In this document: positions 8,291-17,626 of the stretch, piece after piece
How positions within the stretch are numbered: the first letter of the stretch is position 1
Layout of the letters: every line of letters begins with the position of its first letter
Virus record (IMG/VR): IMGVR_UViG_3300023174_000062
Reading direction: 5' to 3' (one strand)
Length of the DNA: 64,000 nucleotides
From: a virus
Notes under the pieces: model-generated
Seen by the model: only the letters and a program-made list of their open reading frames with translations
Database searches by the model: none
Told to the model about the DNA's origin: nothing
Program-made: the position numbers and the translations under genes

Positions 8291-8959
8291 ATGAACTTTA
8301 AACATGTTGGTTGTGATATTGATTATGACCTAGAAACCGAAACAATAAACGGCAAGCGTTTTTATAAAACGCCTGAAGGCAATCTATATCCTTCCGTGAC
8401 TACTATCACATCTCAGCATGGTAAAGATAAAATCATAGAATGGCGAAAACGTGTCGGTGAAGAAGAAGCCAATCGTATCTCCACTAAAGCATCCAGCCGT
8501 GGCACTAGAGTACACAAGATTTGCGAAAACTATTTGAACAACGAAGAAGACTATGCACGTAAGACGATGCCAGATTCTGTTGCTATGTTCAAGTCTTTAC
8601 AACCTCTATTAGATGAACATGTAAATAACATTCATGCGCTAGAGATTCCTTTGTATTCTCATCATTTAAAAGTTGCTGGTAGAGTTGACTGTATTGCAGA
8701 ATATGATGGTAAGTTATCTATCATCGACTTCAAGACTTCAAGCAAGTTAAAAGAAGAGAGTTGGATTAAAGGATACTTTATGCAATGTTCTGCCTATGCA
8801 GTCATGTATGAAGAACGAACTGGTATACCAATATCACAAATTGTAATTATGATTGCCGTTGACTCTGAACATCCACAAGTGTTCATTAAGAAGCGCAACG
8901 ATTACATCAAAGATTTTATATCTTATCGTGAAGCATATGATGCGGTACTGATTGACTAG
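8291..8959 (+). CDS. PD-(D/E)XK exonuclease
   Basis: YPSVTT, RGTRVH, AGRVDCI, IIDFKTS, YFMQCSAYA. Confidence 0.9.
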   Translation: MNFKHVGCDIDYDLETETINGKRFYKTPEGNLYPSVTTITSQHGKDKIIEWRKRVGEEEANRISTKASSRGTRVHKICENYLNNEEDYARKTMPDSVAMFKSLQPLLDEHVNNIHALEIPLYSHHLKVAGRVDCIAEYDGKLSIIDFKTSSKLKEESWIKGYFMQCSAYAVMYEERTGIPISQIVIMIAVDSEHPQVFIKKRNDYIKDFISYREAYDAVLID

Positions 8960-8980
8960 TTGTATAAATAATGATATAAT
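8952..8980 (+). promoter_or_regulatory. sigma70 promoter with a nested T4-type late promoter
   Basis: TTGACT-17 bp-TATAAT; TATAAATA at 8963-8970 inside the spacer. Confidence 0.85.
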
Positions 8981-8986
8981 GTTAGT

Positions 8987-9310
8987 TATTGCTGTATGAA
9001 GCAAAGAGAAACAGGTTCTGGACGGGGGTGCGAATCCCCCCACCTCCACCAAAAGTATTCTAAACTGGACGCAGGATCAAAGAAGGTTGAAAGTGGATTG
9101 ATCGCCACAAGTATGCTGGAGATTAAGAATGCTTTTGATGGGGGTGCATAGTTTCGACAGGGCAAAGAGTAACAGAGTGGACAGCACATCAGCAACGATG
9201 TAAAAAGAAGAAAACAAAGTAAACGCAAACGACTCACGTTTCGCATTGGCAGCCTAAACGCTGACTAGGGTTTCGACAGGTTTCCTCGTAACAGAATAAC
9301 CTGTCACTAT
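8987..9310 (+). ncRNA. ssrA: circularly permuted (two-piece) tmRNA; tag ANDSRFALAA
   Basis: Acceptor piece with T-arm GGGGG-TGCGAAT-CCCCC and CACCTCC-A-CCA ends at 9051; intervening segment 9052-9139; coding piece starts GGGGGTG at 9140 (G3.U70 pair); tag ORF 9225-9257; outer ends approximate. Confidence 0.93.
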
Positions 9311-9313
9311 TTT
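9275..9313 (+). terminator. 3' hairpin of the tmRNA coding piece, possible weak terminator or processing site
   Basis: GACAGGTT/AACCTGTC stem followed by ACTATTTT. Confidence 0.5.
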
Positions 9314-9324
9314 ATGGAGATTAC

Positions 9325-10338
9325 ATGAGCAAAGTTGCATTGATTACAGGAATCACAGGACAGGATGGAAGTTACTTAGCAGAACTTCTATTGAGTAAAG
9401 GCTACGAAGTGCATGGACTTGCCCGTAGACTCAGCACAGGTTTCAATACTACAAATATTGAACACATCAAAGAAGATATCAAACTGCATGTTAGTGATTT
9501 AACTGATACTGCAAATGTTCGAAACATCATTGTAAAAACACAACCAGACGAAGTATATAACTTAGCCGCACAGTCACACGTTGGCGTAAGTTTTCAGATG
9601 CCCGAATTTACTGGACAAGTAAATGGCATCAGCGTACTCACTATGCTAGAAACAATTCGAAGTTTAGATAAAAGATGTAAATTTTATCAAGCATCAACAA
9701 GTGAATTATATGGCATGGTTCAGCAAGTGCCACAAACAGAAAAGACACCATTCTATCCACGTAGCCCATATGCAGTTGCAAAACTATATGCATATTGGAT
9801 TACTGTCAACTATCGTGAAAGTTATGACATTCACGCATCTAATGGTATTCTATTCAATCACGAAAGTCCACGTAGAGGTCCTGAATTTGTCACACGTAAA
9901 ATTGTGCAAGGACTTATCAATGCATGGGTGGGAGATAAAAAGCCATTACGTTTAGGTAACTTAGAAGCACTCAGAGATTGGGGTCATGCTAAAGATTACG
10001 TAGAAGCAATGTATCTTCTAGTGCAAAAAGATGTATCGGATGACTATGTTATCTCTAGTGGTGAACAACATTCAGTCAGAGACTTCTGCGATATGGTTGC
10101 AGATTATCTTGGCTTTCAAATTGAATGGATAGGTGAAGGCTTAGATGAAGTTGGTATCAATATGAAGACTGGAGAAAAACTCATTGAAGTATCTGAAGAA
10201 TTTTATCGTCCTGCTGAAGTGAACACATTACTTGGTGATTGTACAAAAGCAAAGCAGACATTAAATTGGGTGCCTAAATATTCTTTCAAAGATTTAGTAC
10301 ACGAAATGTGTAGTGATGAATTTAACAAAAAATTATGA
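9325..10338 (+). CDS. gmd: GDP-mannose 4,6-dehydratase
   Basis: ALITGITGQDGSYLAE, NLAAQSHV, QASTSELYG, PRSPYAVAK, NHESPRRG, RDWGHAKDYV. Confidence 0.97.
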   Translation: MSKVALITGITGQDGSYLAELLLSKGYEVHGLARRLSTGFNTTNIEHIKEDIKLHVSDLTDTANVRNIIVKTQPDEVYNLAAQSHVGVSFQMPEFTGQVNGISVLTMLETIRSLDKRCKFYQASTSELYGMVQQVPQTEKTPFYPRSPYAVAKLYAYWITVNYRESYDIHASNGILFNHESPRRGPEFVTRKIVQGLINAWVGDKKPLRLGNLEALRDWGHAKDYVEAMYLLVQKDVSDDYVISSGEQHSVRDFCDMVADYLGFQIEWIGEGLDEVGINMKTGEKLIEVSEEFYRPAEVNTLLGDCTKAKQTLNWVPKYSFKDLVHEMCSDEFNKKL

Positions 10339-11102
10339 CAAAAATTGTTTTAGCAACAGGTGGCTTTGATCCACTACATTCTGGACATATCTCTTACTTC
10401 AAACATTCCGCAACCCTAGGCGACATGTTAGTAATCGGATTGAATAGCGATGCTTGGCTGACTAGAAAAAAAGGTCGAGCATTCATGCCTATTCACGAAC
10501 GACTTGCAATCATTGGTAATCTATCTATGGTTGATGAAGTCATGGCATTCAACGATGACACTAATAACAGCATCGATTGCATTCGTATTCTATTAGAAAA
10601 ATATCCTGACGCAGAAATCATTTTTGCAAATGGTGGAGATAGAGATCACACCAATGTGCCTGAACAAGATGCCTATGCAGATAATCCAAAAGTCAAGTTT
10701 GTATTCGGTGTTGGTGGACAAGACAAGCAAAACAGTAGCCGATGGATTCTTGAAGAATGGAAAGCACCAAAGACAGACAGACAATGGGGCAACTATCGTG
10801 TGCTACATGAGACAGGTAAGACTCTAAAGGTAAAAGAGTTAAACGTTGAACCTGGCAAATCTTTGAGTATGCAGAAACATGAGAAACGTGCTGAGTTTTG
10901 GTTTGTTGCTGAAGGTTATGCGACACTACATACTTCTAACGATGGAATTGAAAAACTCGTTGGTGTCTTTGGCGAACACGAAGACATTTGGATTCCAAAA
11001 GAGAAATGGCACAGACTCTCTAACAACACGACTGAGATGCTGAAATTGATTGAACTTCAATATGGAGAGGAATGTTCAGAGATGGACATACTAAGACGAT
11101 GA
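10335..11102 (+). CDS. cytidylyltransferase-like (RfaE domain II type) nucleotidyltransferase fused to a type II phosphomannose-isomerase-like cupin
   Basis: TGGFDPLHSGH, GLNSD, KKGR, ANGGDR; C-terminal RQWG, PGKSLSMQKHEKRAEFW, WHRL. Confidence 0.88.
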   Translation: MTKIVLATGGFDPLHSGHISYFKHSATLGDMLVIGLNSDAWLTRKKGRAFMPIHERLAIIGNLSMVDEVMAFNDDTNNSIDCIRILLEKYPDAEIIFANGGDRDHTNVPEQDAYADNPKVKFVFGVGGQDKQNSSRWILEEWKAPKTDRQWGNYRVLHETGKTLKVKELNVEPGKSLSMQKHEKRAEFWFVAEGYATLHTSNDGIEKLVGVFGEHEDIWIPKEKWHRLSNNTTEMLKLIELQYGEECSEMDILRR

Positions 11103-11476
11103 TTAATATACCAGTAAGTGTCGGTGAACTTGTAGACAAGATTACCATTCTCAAAATTAAACTCACTCAGATTAAAGACAAAGAAAAACTAATCAATGTT
11201 CAAAAAGAACATGATGCGTTGACTTCTTTGGTCGAGTATGTTAAAATACAAAAAGATGTGCTAGAACACCAACATCAATTGATGGAAGTCAATTTACGTT
11301 TGTGGTTTCTTGAGGAAGACATTAGACACTACGAAAAGATTAATTTTTTTGAAGCGGCATTCATTGAAACCGCAAGAAAGATTTATAAAACGAATGATGA
11401 AAGAAGCAGAATCAAAAAAGAAATAAACATTCTTTGCAATTCTGCACTAGTTGAAGAAAAATCACATGAGGATTAA
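11099..11476 (+). CDS. DUF6165-like protein
   Basis: IPVSVGELVDKITILKIK...NDERSRIKKEIN...EEKS pattern common in glycosylation loci. Confidence 0.7.
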   Translation: MINIPVSVGELVDKITILKIKLTQIKDKEKLINVQKEHDALTSLVEYVKIQKDVLEHQHQLMEVNLRLWFLEEDIRHYEKINFFEAAFIETARKIYKTNDERSRIKKEINILCNSALVEEKSHED

Positions 11477-11478
11477 AT

Positions 11479-12696
11479 ATGAGAGTACTTGAAATTGGCG
11501 ACCACTACGTAAGTGATTTCATTAAAGATGAAAACGAAAACAGAAAAAAATATAGTTTAGACTTGCACTTAGATACTAGACTAGGTGCAGTTAGACTTCA
11601 TGGCCTAGCGCCAGCAGATACAATGTGGGGACAGTATTGGTATCGTAGCGGTATCAACGCAAGCATGACTAAAGAGTTACAGGGCATTGTTGCTGAAGTG
11701 ACTTCAAGAGTTAAGTTGAAAGACAATGACATTTGGCTTGACATTGCGTGTAACGATGGTACTCTATTGCGTAACGTTCCAGACAATCTAATTAAGATTG
11801 GTATTGATCCAGCAGACGATACGTATCTTGCAGAAAGTTCCAAAGTTGCAACGAAAGTTGTTCAAGACTATTTCAGTTATGATTCTTGGAAGAAAACTGG
11901 ATACGGAGACAAGAAAGCAAAAGTTATTAGTTGCATTGCGATGTTCTATGACTTAGATGATCCACATCCATTTGTCAAAGACTTATACAACGTATTGCAT
12001 GACGATGGTACTCTTGTATTGCAGATGAGTTACACTCCGTTGATGATTAAGCAAATGGCGTTTGATAACATATGCCATGAACACGTTTATTACTACGACT
12101 TAAATAGCATTCAGACTTTGTTCTCACAACATGGCTTTAGAATTGTTGATTGTAGTTTGAATGATACGAATGGTGGAAGTTTCAGAATCTATTTGCAAAA
12201 AGACATTGCAGAAGTTTCTAGTTTTGCTACAGCACCTTTGCGTGATGTATGCGACTTCAGAATCAATAGCATTTTGTACTATGAGAAAGTAGAGAATGAT
12301 ATTTCTGATCCAGCAACATGGGCAGAATTTGGTGCAGAACTACATGCGCTAAAAGTTAAAGTTGTTTCTTTTGTTAGAGATGCAGTTGCAAAAGGCAAGA
12401 CAGTTTATGGTTATGGTGCAAGCACTAAAGGTAATACGCTATTGCAATTCTTTGGATTAGATAGCAACGACATTACTGCGATTGCAGAACGTAGTCCATA
12501 CAAGTTTGGCTTGAAGACTATTGGCACAAACATTCCAATTATCAGCGAAGATGAAATGCGTAAAGCAAAGCCAGATTATCTTTTGGTTCTTCCATGGCAC
12601 TTCATTGATGAATTCGAAAAGCGTGAACAAGACTTTTTGAATAGTGGTGGTGCATTCATCGTTCCTTGTCCTGAATTTAAGATTATTTCTAAATGA
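11479..12696 (+). CDS. SAM-dependent NDP-sugar C-methyltransferase
   Basis: DIACNDGTLL, FDNICHEH, GGSFR, YGYGASTKGNTLL, LVLPWHF. Confidence 0.88.
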   Translation: MRVLEIGDHYVSDFIKDENENRKKYSLDLHLDTRLGAVRLHGLAPADTMWGQYWYRSGINASMTKELQGIVAEVTSRVKLKDNDIWLDIACNDGTLLRNVPDNLIKIGIDPADDTYLAESSKVATKVVQDYFSYDSWKKTGYGDKKAKVISCIAMFYDLDDPHPFVKDLYNVLHDDGTLVLQMSYTPLMIKQMAFDNICHEHVYYYDLNSIQTLFSQHGFRIVDCSLNDTNGGSFRIYLQKDIAEVSSFATAPLRDVCDFRINSILYYEKVENDISDPATWAEFGAELHALKVKVVSFVRDAVAKGKTVYGYGASTKGNTLLQFFGLDSNDITAIAERSPYKFGLKTIGTNIPIISEDEMRKAKPDYLLVLPWHFIDEFEKREQDFLNSGGAFIVPCPEFKIISK

Positions 12697-13649
12697 AAAC
12701 AAAAGTAATTTTCTTCAATCAATGGAGAAACGGCGACTGCTTCATAGGCAAAGAATATGTCAGAGAAATCATTAGCATGTTTCCTGACATTGAATTTGCT
12801 TATGCACACAATAACTATCCTGATATCATTGGTGACTTGGGTATCAAACATTTGAAGTTAGATGAGATTCCTAAAATGGGAATGTTTACTCTAGTTCATG
12901 CTGTACCAGAAATTGATGATGAAAGAACAGTCTATGTGAATACATGGGCTGGTTGTTTGATTCCAAAATACATGGGCGACAAGGATCATGCAAACTTTAA
13001 GTTGTTGCACAATCTTTGGCGTGAAATATACAAAGCATTGAACGTTGATATCAATCCATCGTTTGAGAATTACTTACCTCAAGTTAAATGGGAACATTAT
13101 GATTTGACTGAGTGTGATGAATATTTGAAACGTGTAGACAACAAACGATTGTTCTTGTTCTGCAATAGTCAACAACAAAGCGAACAAAGTAGCATGGGTG
13201 ACATGCGAGATATTATCTATCAACTTGCGACAGAGCATACCAATTGTGAATTCTTAGTTACGGATGAATTAGATTTTGATTTGCCTAACGTGACATACTG
13301 CGGTACAAAGACTAGAGACATGAACGCAAGTAATGTTATCTTTGGTCCTATGATTGTCGGTAGTCTAAACAAGATTTCTTATATCAGTCAACGTGCAGAA
13401 TTGATTGTGGGTAAGAATAGTGGTCCATTCACGTATGCACACATCAAGTCTAATATGGACGATGCAAATAAAATATTCATGTGTTTCAGCCACAAGTTAA
13501 AAGACTGTTTGATGGGCGAAGGTGAATACTTTGCTGATTCATATTTTAGCGATACACTAGACAACGATGTTGCAATTCGCATTCTAAATGAATTAATTAA
13601 TAGTAAACTCCGTTCAAGCAGTAAAAACCCAACAAGACAATTGACATGA
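12693..13649 (+). CDS. putative glycosyltransferase (GT9-like, GT-B fold)
   Basis: N-terminal NGD and C-terminal IVGKNSGP resemble GT9 motifs; genomic context. Confidence 0.5.
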   Translation: MKTKVIFFNQWRNGDCFIGKEYVREIISMFPDIEFAYAHNNYPDIIGDLGIKHLKLDEIPKMGMFTLVHAVPEIDDERTVYVNTWAGCLIPKYMGDKDHANFKLLHNLWREIYKALNVDINPSFENYLPQVKWEHYDLTECDEYLKRVDNKRLFLFCNSQQQSEQSSMGDMRDIIYQLATEHTNCEFLVTDELDFDLPNVTYCGTKTRDMNASNVIFGPMIVGSLNKISYISQRAELIVGKNSGPFTYAHIKSNMDDANKIFMCFSHKLKDCLMGEGEYFADSYFSDTLDNDVAIRILNELINSKLRSSSKNPTRQLT

Positions 13650-14575
13650 AAAAAGTACTTCTAGTTACAGGTGCAACAAAAGAATGCGGCATCTATCAAT
13701 ACGCAGAATCACTCTATGATATTCTGAAAACATCTAAGAAATATCAATTTGAGTTTCTTGCTACAAATGATGAACATGAGTTTAGTGCTTGGGTACATGA
13801 AAATGATCCATGCACAATCATTTACAATCATCATCCAGTAACGCTACGTTGGTTGAACAATGGTATCACTCGACCAATTAAAAACATAAGAAACATTAAA
13901 CAAATTGTTTTGTTTGGACATGAACACGTAGACAAGTTTACCAATGTTGATGCATATGTGTATACTGACCCGACTATGAAAGTTGAAGAGAATGAGTATG
14001 CTGGATTACCTCCAGTCATGTACTATGATGACATTCAGTATAGCAAGCCAAGTGACACAATCAAAATTGGCACAAGCGGAATTGGTAACATCACAAAGAA
14101 TTTGTCTGCGATTATTAAACTAATCAATGAACAATTTACTGAAGACGTTATTTTAAATCTTCACGTATCTAATGGTGCATTCGTAGACCCTACAGGTAAA
14201 CTCTCTTCAAAATTAATTGAAGAATGTCGTAGTCTTGCAAATCCAAATGTACAAATCAATGTCAATCAAGAATTCTTAGATAAAGAAGATTTGATTCGTT
14301 GGTTGAATGGTAACGATATCAATCTCTATTGGTATTCAACATCAAGCGTTTATGGTGTGAGTAGTTCACTTGACAGAGCATTAGCATCACGTAAGCCATT
14401 TGGTGTGAATGATTCTAGTTTTCTAAAGCATATGCGTAGAGACTTCAACGACTTAACTAAAACATCAATCAAAGATATCATTGCCGCTGGCGCTGAACCA
14501 CTAAATGAATTCTACGACAAGTGGAACGCAGAAACTGTATTGTCATTCTATGAACGAATCGTGGATGAAACTTGA
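13646..14575 (+). CDS. putative glycosyltransferase (GT4-like, GT-B fold)
   Basis: CGIYQY at the N-terminus; GVSSSLDRALASRKP at the C-terminus; genomic context. Confidence 0.55.
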   Translation: MKKVLLVTGATKECGIYQYAESLYDILKTSKKYQFEFLATNDEHEFSAWVHENDPCTIIYNHHPVTLRWLNNGITRPIKNIRNIKQIVLFGHEHVDKFTNVDAYVYTDPTMKVEENEYAGLPPVMYYDDIQYSKPSDTIKIGTSGIGNITKNLSAIIKLINEQFTEDVILNLHVSNGAFVDPTGKLSSKLIEECRSLANPNVQINVNQEFLDKEDLIRWLNGNDINLYWYSTSSVYGVSSSLDRALASRKPFGVNDSSFLKHMRRDFNDLTKTSIKDIIAAGAEPLNEFYDKWNAETVLSFYERIVDET

Positions 14576-15284
14576 CATTGTATTGCAAGGTGAATGCACT
14601 CCGTTCACTAAAACAATCATTGAAGAATATAGAAAACTTCCATTCGTAGAAAACATTATACTTTCTACATACGAAAACTCGCACATACCAGATGATGTAA
14701 ATGTTATCTTCAACGAATTAATTTCACCTAGAGGATTAGGTAATCGTAATCTTCAAATCAATACATCAAAGAACGGACTTGCATTAGTGCAAAGTAAGTA
14801 TTGCATTAAGATGAGAACAGACCAACTCATTAGAGACATGCCGTTGATGTATGAGTATTGGAAAAATGATAAGCGAGAGGATGGTAAAGTATTTGTTATG
14901 GGAATGTACAAAGCGTTTCCATATCATCCAAGAGATCATGTGTTTTGGGGCAGAACAGAAGATGTGGTAAATGTGTTCGATATCCCGTTCGATATCGAAA
15001 GAGGCTCAAATCAGAATTATACATATAACACAAGAGCAGAAACTTACATTGGTCAGTATTACTATGCGAGATTTGATCCATCGATATGGGAACATATAAA
15101 TGATCCACTCACGTTTTTAGTTGATCGTGGAACAAGAAGACATGAAGCACTTGAAAAAGATTATAAAATTAGAGATAGAGTTTTTGTTCCTTTTCCTAGA
15201 GTAAGCATGTCATGGCCTAAGCACGGATTGGACGAATATCACTATCATGTTGGTACAGCATATACTGAGTATTGGGCGAATTGA
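14565..15284 (+). CDS. WavE-like LPS-synthesis protein (start corrected to 14565)
   Basis: DIVLQG, IILST, NRNLQINTSKNGL, KMRTD, YHPRDHVFWG, AETYI. Confidence 0.75.
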   Translation: MKLDIVLQGECTPFTKTIIEEYRKLPFVENIILSTYENSHIPDDVNVIFNELISPRGLGNRNLQINTSKNGLALVQSKYCIKMRTDQLIRDMPLMYEYWKNDKREDGKVFVMGMYKAFPYHPRDHVFWGRTEDVVNVFDIPFDIERGSNQNYTYNTRAETYIGQYYYARFDPSIWEHINDPLTFLVDRGTRRHEALEKDYKIRDRVFVPFPRVSMSWPKHGLDEYHYHVGTAYTEYWAN

Positions 15285-15285
15285 A

Positions 15286-15822
15286 ATGATTAAACTTATT
15301 CTTCTTGACATTGATGGTGTGATGACAGATGGTAAAAAATACTATGACAAAGAAGGCACCGTTAGACTTAAAACATTTTGCGATAAAGACTGGACTGCAA
15401 TTAAACGATTTCGTGCGCTAGGCATTGAAGTTGCTTTTCTTTCTGGTGACGGCTTCAATGCAAACATTGCAAATAATAGAAATTTACCATTCTATCTAAA
15501 CAGAAGCAATGGTACACACACAGACAAAGTAGATTTCTTAGATGAAATATGTAGCGACTTTAGTGTAATTCCTGACGAAGTTGTTTATGTTGGTGATGAT
15601 ATCTTTGATGTGAGAATTGCAAGCGCAGTTGGACTTGCATTTTGTCCTAGCGATGCAACAGTTGAAATGGTGAATGTTTGTTCGATGTTACCACAACGTG
15701 CTGGTGAAAATGTTGTTATGGCTTTATTTGAAGAACTACAATCAAGAGAATTGATTCCCGATTTTGATTTTGATGAACACTTAGATAACGTATACACGTT
15801 AGATGAAAAGGAAAAATTTTAA
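15286..15822 (+). CDS. KdsC/YrbI-like HAD sugar-phosphate phosphatase
   Basis: LLDIDGVMTDG, FLSG, YVGDDIFD, CPSDA. Confidence 0.85.
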   Translation: MIKLILLDIDGVMTDGKKYYDKEGTVRLKTFCDKDWTAIKRFRALGIEVAFLSGDGFNANIANNRNLPFYLNRSNGTHTDKVDFLDEICSDFSVIPDEVVYVGDDIFDVRIASAVGLAFCPSDATVEMVNVCSMLPQRAGENVVMALFEELQSRELIPDFDFDEHLDNVYTLDEKEKF

Positions 15823-16475
15823 TGTATGATATAGCATTGTATGGACACTTAGTATTTGATACGATAAAAGACAATACTAAAACTGTGAATGAAATTGGTG
15901 GTGTGGTAAACGTGTGGCGTGCTTTGAAAAACATAGACTCAACGTTAAGCGTATATGTCTGTCCAACTAATATTGGAACATCTACAATCACAATAGATAA
16001 AGAGAACAGTCAACGCACTAGTGAATCTAATTTAAATTCAATTACAGTTGACGTTAAGACAGAACCAGCATTAATCAGTCATGTTGCATATGTTAACTAC
16101 ATTACTGATATGAGTTTCTTAAAGAACATTTCTGGTTTGGTATTTGGTGATATTTGTTCTGGAAGAGAAATCGACAAAGAAGCATATAAGTATCTAGATT
16201 ACATTTTTGTCTCTGAAGAAGACATGCATTTGTTGAGAGATGTTGAAGAGTTTACTGGAGTTGTTGTTACTCATTCTCCAATGAAAAGTTATAACAGCAA
16301 AGGCGATACCTTTACTCTATCTGATGACAAATATATAAAAGGTGCGAACGTATTAGGTGCAGGCGATTATTATGCCGCTTGCTTTATGTACGGAAAATTA
16401 AACACAAGATTAGATCACGAATGTATGGTCCTTTCGCACAATCTAACTACACATCATTTGAAAAGTAAAGTATGA
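15822..16475 (+). CDS. PfkB/ribokinase-family carbohydrate kinase
   Basis: GHLVFD, IGG, SEED, NVLGAGDYYAA signature. Confidence 0.8.
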   Translation: MYDIALYGHLVFDTIKDNTKTVNEIGGVVNVWRALKNIDSTLSVYVCPTNIGTSTITIDKENSQRTSESNLNSITVDVKTEPALISHVAYVNYITDMSFLKNISGLVFGDICSGREIDKEAYKYLDYIFVSEEDMHLLRDVEEFTGVVVTHSPMKSYNSKGDTFTLSDDKYIKGANVLGAGDYYAACFMYGKLNTRLDHECMVLSHNLTTHHLKSKV

Positions 16476-17626
16476 AAACAAACGTATTGGTGCCAATGGC
16501 AGGCTTAGGTAGCCGCTTTTTGAAAGAAGGCTTTACTGTACCCAAGCAATTGATTAATATTAAAGACAGACAATTGATTGATATCTCACTTGACTGTTTA
16601 GACACAAAAAACTGTAACTTGATTTTTATCATTCGTGACGAACACGTATACAATTTCAGAATGGATGAAATTCTACGTATGAAGTTTGGTGATGACATTA
16701 AAGTTATTGTATTAGATCACCTGACTAGGGGTTCAGTTGAAAGTTGTTTGTATGCATCTGAGTATATCGACAATGATGCACCACTTGTTATTCATACACT
16801 AGACATTGAGTTTGGACCAGTATTTGATCCTAAGATTGTTGGCAGTCTTTTAGCCGATGGTGTTTTGTTGACATTCAAATCAAATAGCGCAAACTACAGT
16901 TACGCTAAGTGTGATGATGAAAACTATGTGTCTGAAACTGCTGAGAAGAAAGCGATTAGTTCTGATGCATGTGTTGGCATCTACGGATTCAAACGTGGTT
17001 CTGATTTCTGCAAATATGCAAAGAAAATGATTGCCGATGATATTCGTACAAATAATGAATTCTATATTGCACCATTGTATAATCTGCTGATTGAAGATGG
17101 ACTTAAAATCATTACGCATCCAGTAGACAAGATGCATGTGTTTGGTACACCAGATGAATTTAACTTCTACAAAAAGAATGTTGTCAAACGTTTTGGCGAT
17201 AAACCATTTGCGCTGTGCTGTGACCACTCTGGTTTTGAAGCGAAAGAATTATTCAAGTCCGTATTGAAAGGCATGGGTAAAAAGTATATCGACTATGGTA
17301 CAGTTGTCAATCGTGATTGCAATTACAAAGACTTTATCAGTCAAGCAGTCAAGGGCATTGAAGATGGCGACTGTGACTATGCGTTTAGTTTCTGTAGAAC
17401 AGGACAAGGCGTTAACATGTGCGCCAACAAATACAAAGGTATTCGCTCTGCACTAATCTATGATGACAATGCAATGGAAATGGCTATGCGTCATAACTGT
17501 GCTAACTTCTTTGCTATACCTGCAATGAATGCAAATTCTGAAAATCTACATGAGTATCTTAGATTAGGATTTCAACATACATTCGATGGTGGTAGACACC
17601 AGTTAAGAATTCAGGAACTTGAATGA
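16472..17626 (+). CDS. sugar nucleotidyltransferase fused to a RpiB/LacAB sugar-phosphate isomerase
   Basis: PMAGLGSRF...PKQLI, EKK, NNEFYIAPLYN, FGTPDE; C-terminal DHSG, CRTGQGV, HNCAN, FDGGRH. Confidence 0.9.
   Translation: MKTNVLVPMAGLGSRFLKEGFTVPKQLINIKDRQLIDISLDCLDTKNCNLIFIIRDEHVYNFRMDEILRMKFGDDIKVIVLDHLTRGSVESCLYASEYIDNDAPLVIHTLDIEFGPVFDPKIVGSLLADGVLLTFKSNSANYSYAKCDDENYVSETAEKKAISSDACVGIYGFKRGSDFCKYAKKMIADDIRTNNEFYIAPLYNLLIEDGLKIITHPVDKMHVFGTPDEFNFYKKNVVKRFGDKPFALCCDHSGFEAKELFKSVLKGMGKKYIDYGTVVNRDCNYKDFISQAVKGIEDGDCDYAFSFCRTGQGVNMCANKYKGIRSALIYDDNAMEMAMRHNCANFFAIPAMNANSENLHEYLRLGFQHTFDGGRHQLRIQELE

Noticed and set aside
8291-8959. Cas4 / CRISPR association of the exonuclease
   Set aside because: No four-Cys Fe-S motif, no cas genes, and no repeat-spacer array seen in the window.
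9020-9051. Stand-alone tRNA gene or attP-like tRNA 3' fragment
   Set aside because: There is no anticodon or D arm; its pairing partner lies downstream at 9140 with a tag ORF, so it is the tmRNA acceptor piece. No integrase is in the window.
9075-9108. H-type pseudoknot in the tmRNA intervening segment (GATCAA/TTGATC with GTGG/CCAC)
   Set aside because: The connecting loop would be 1 nt across a 6-bp stem, so the helices are more likely alternatives.
8834-9246. Minus-strand ORFs 8834-9052 and 8986-9246
   Set aside because: Antisense shadows of the exonuclease end and the tmRNA; no protein-like features.
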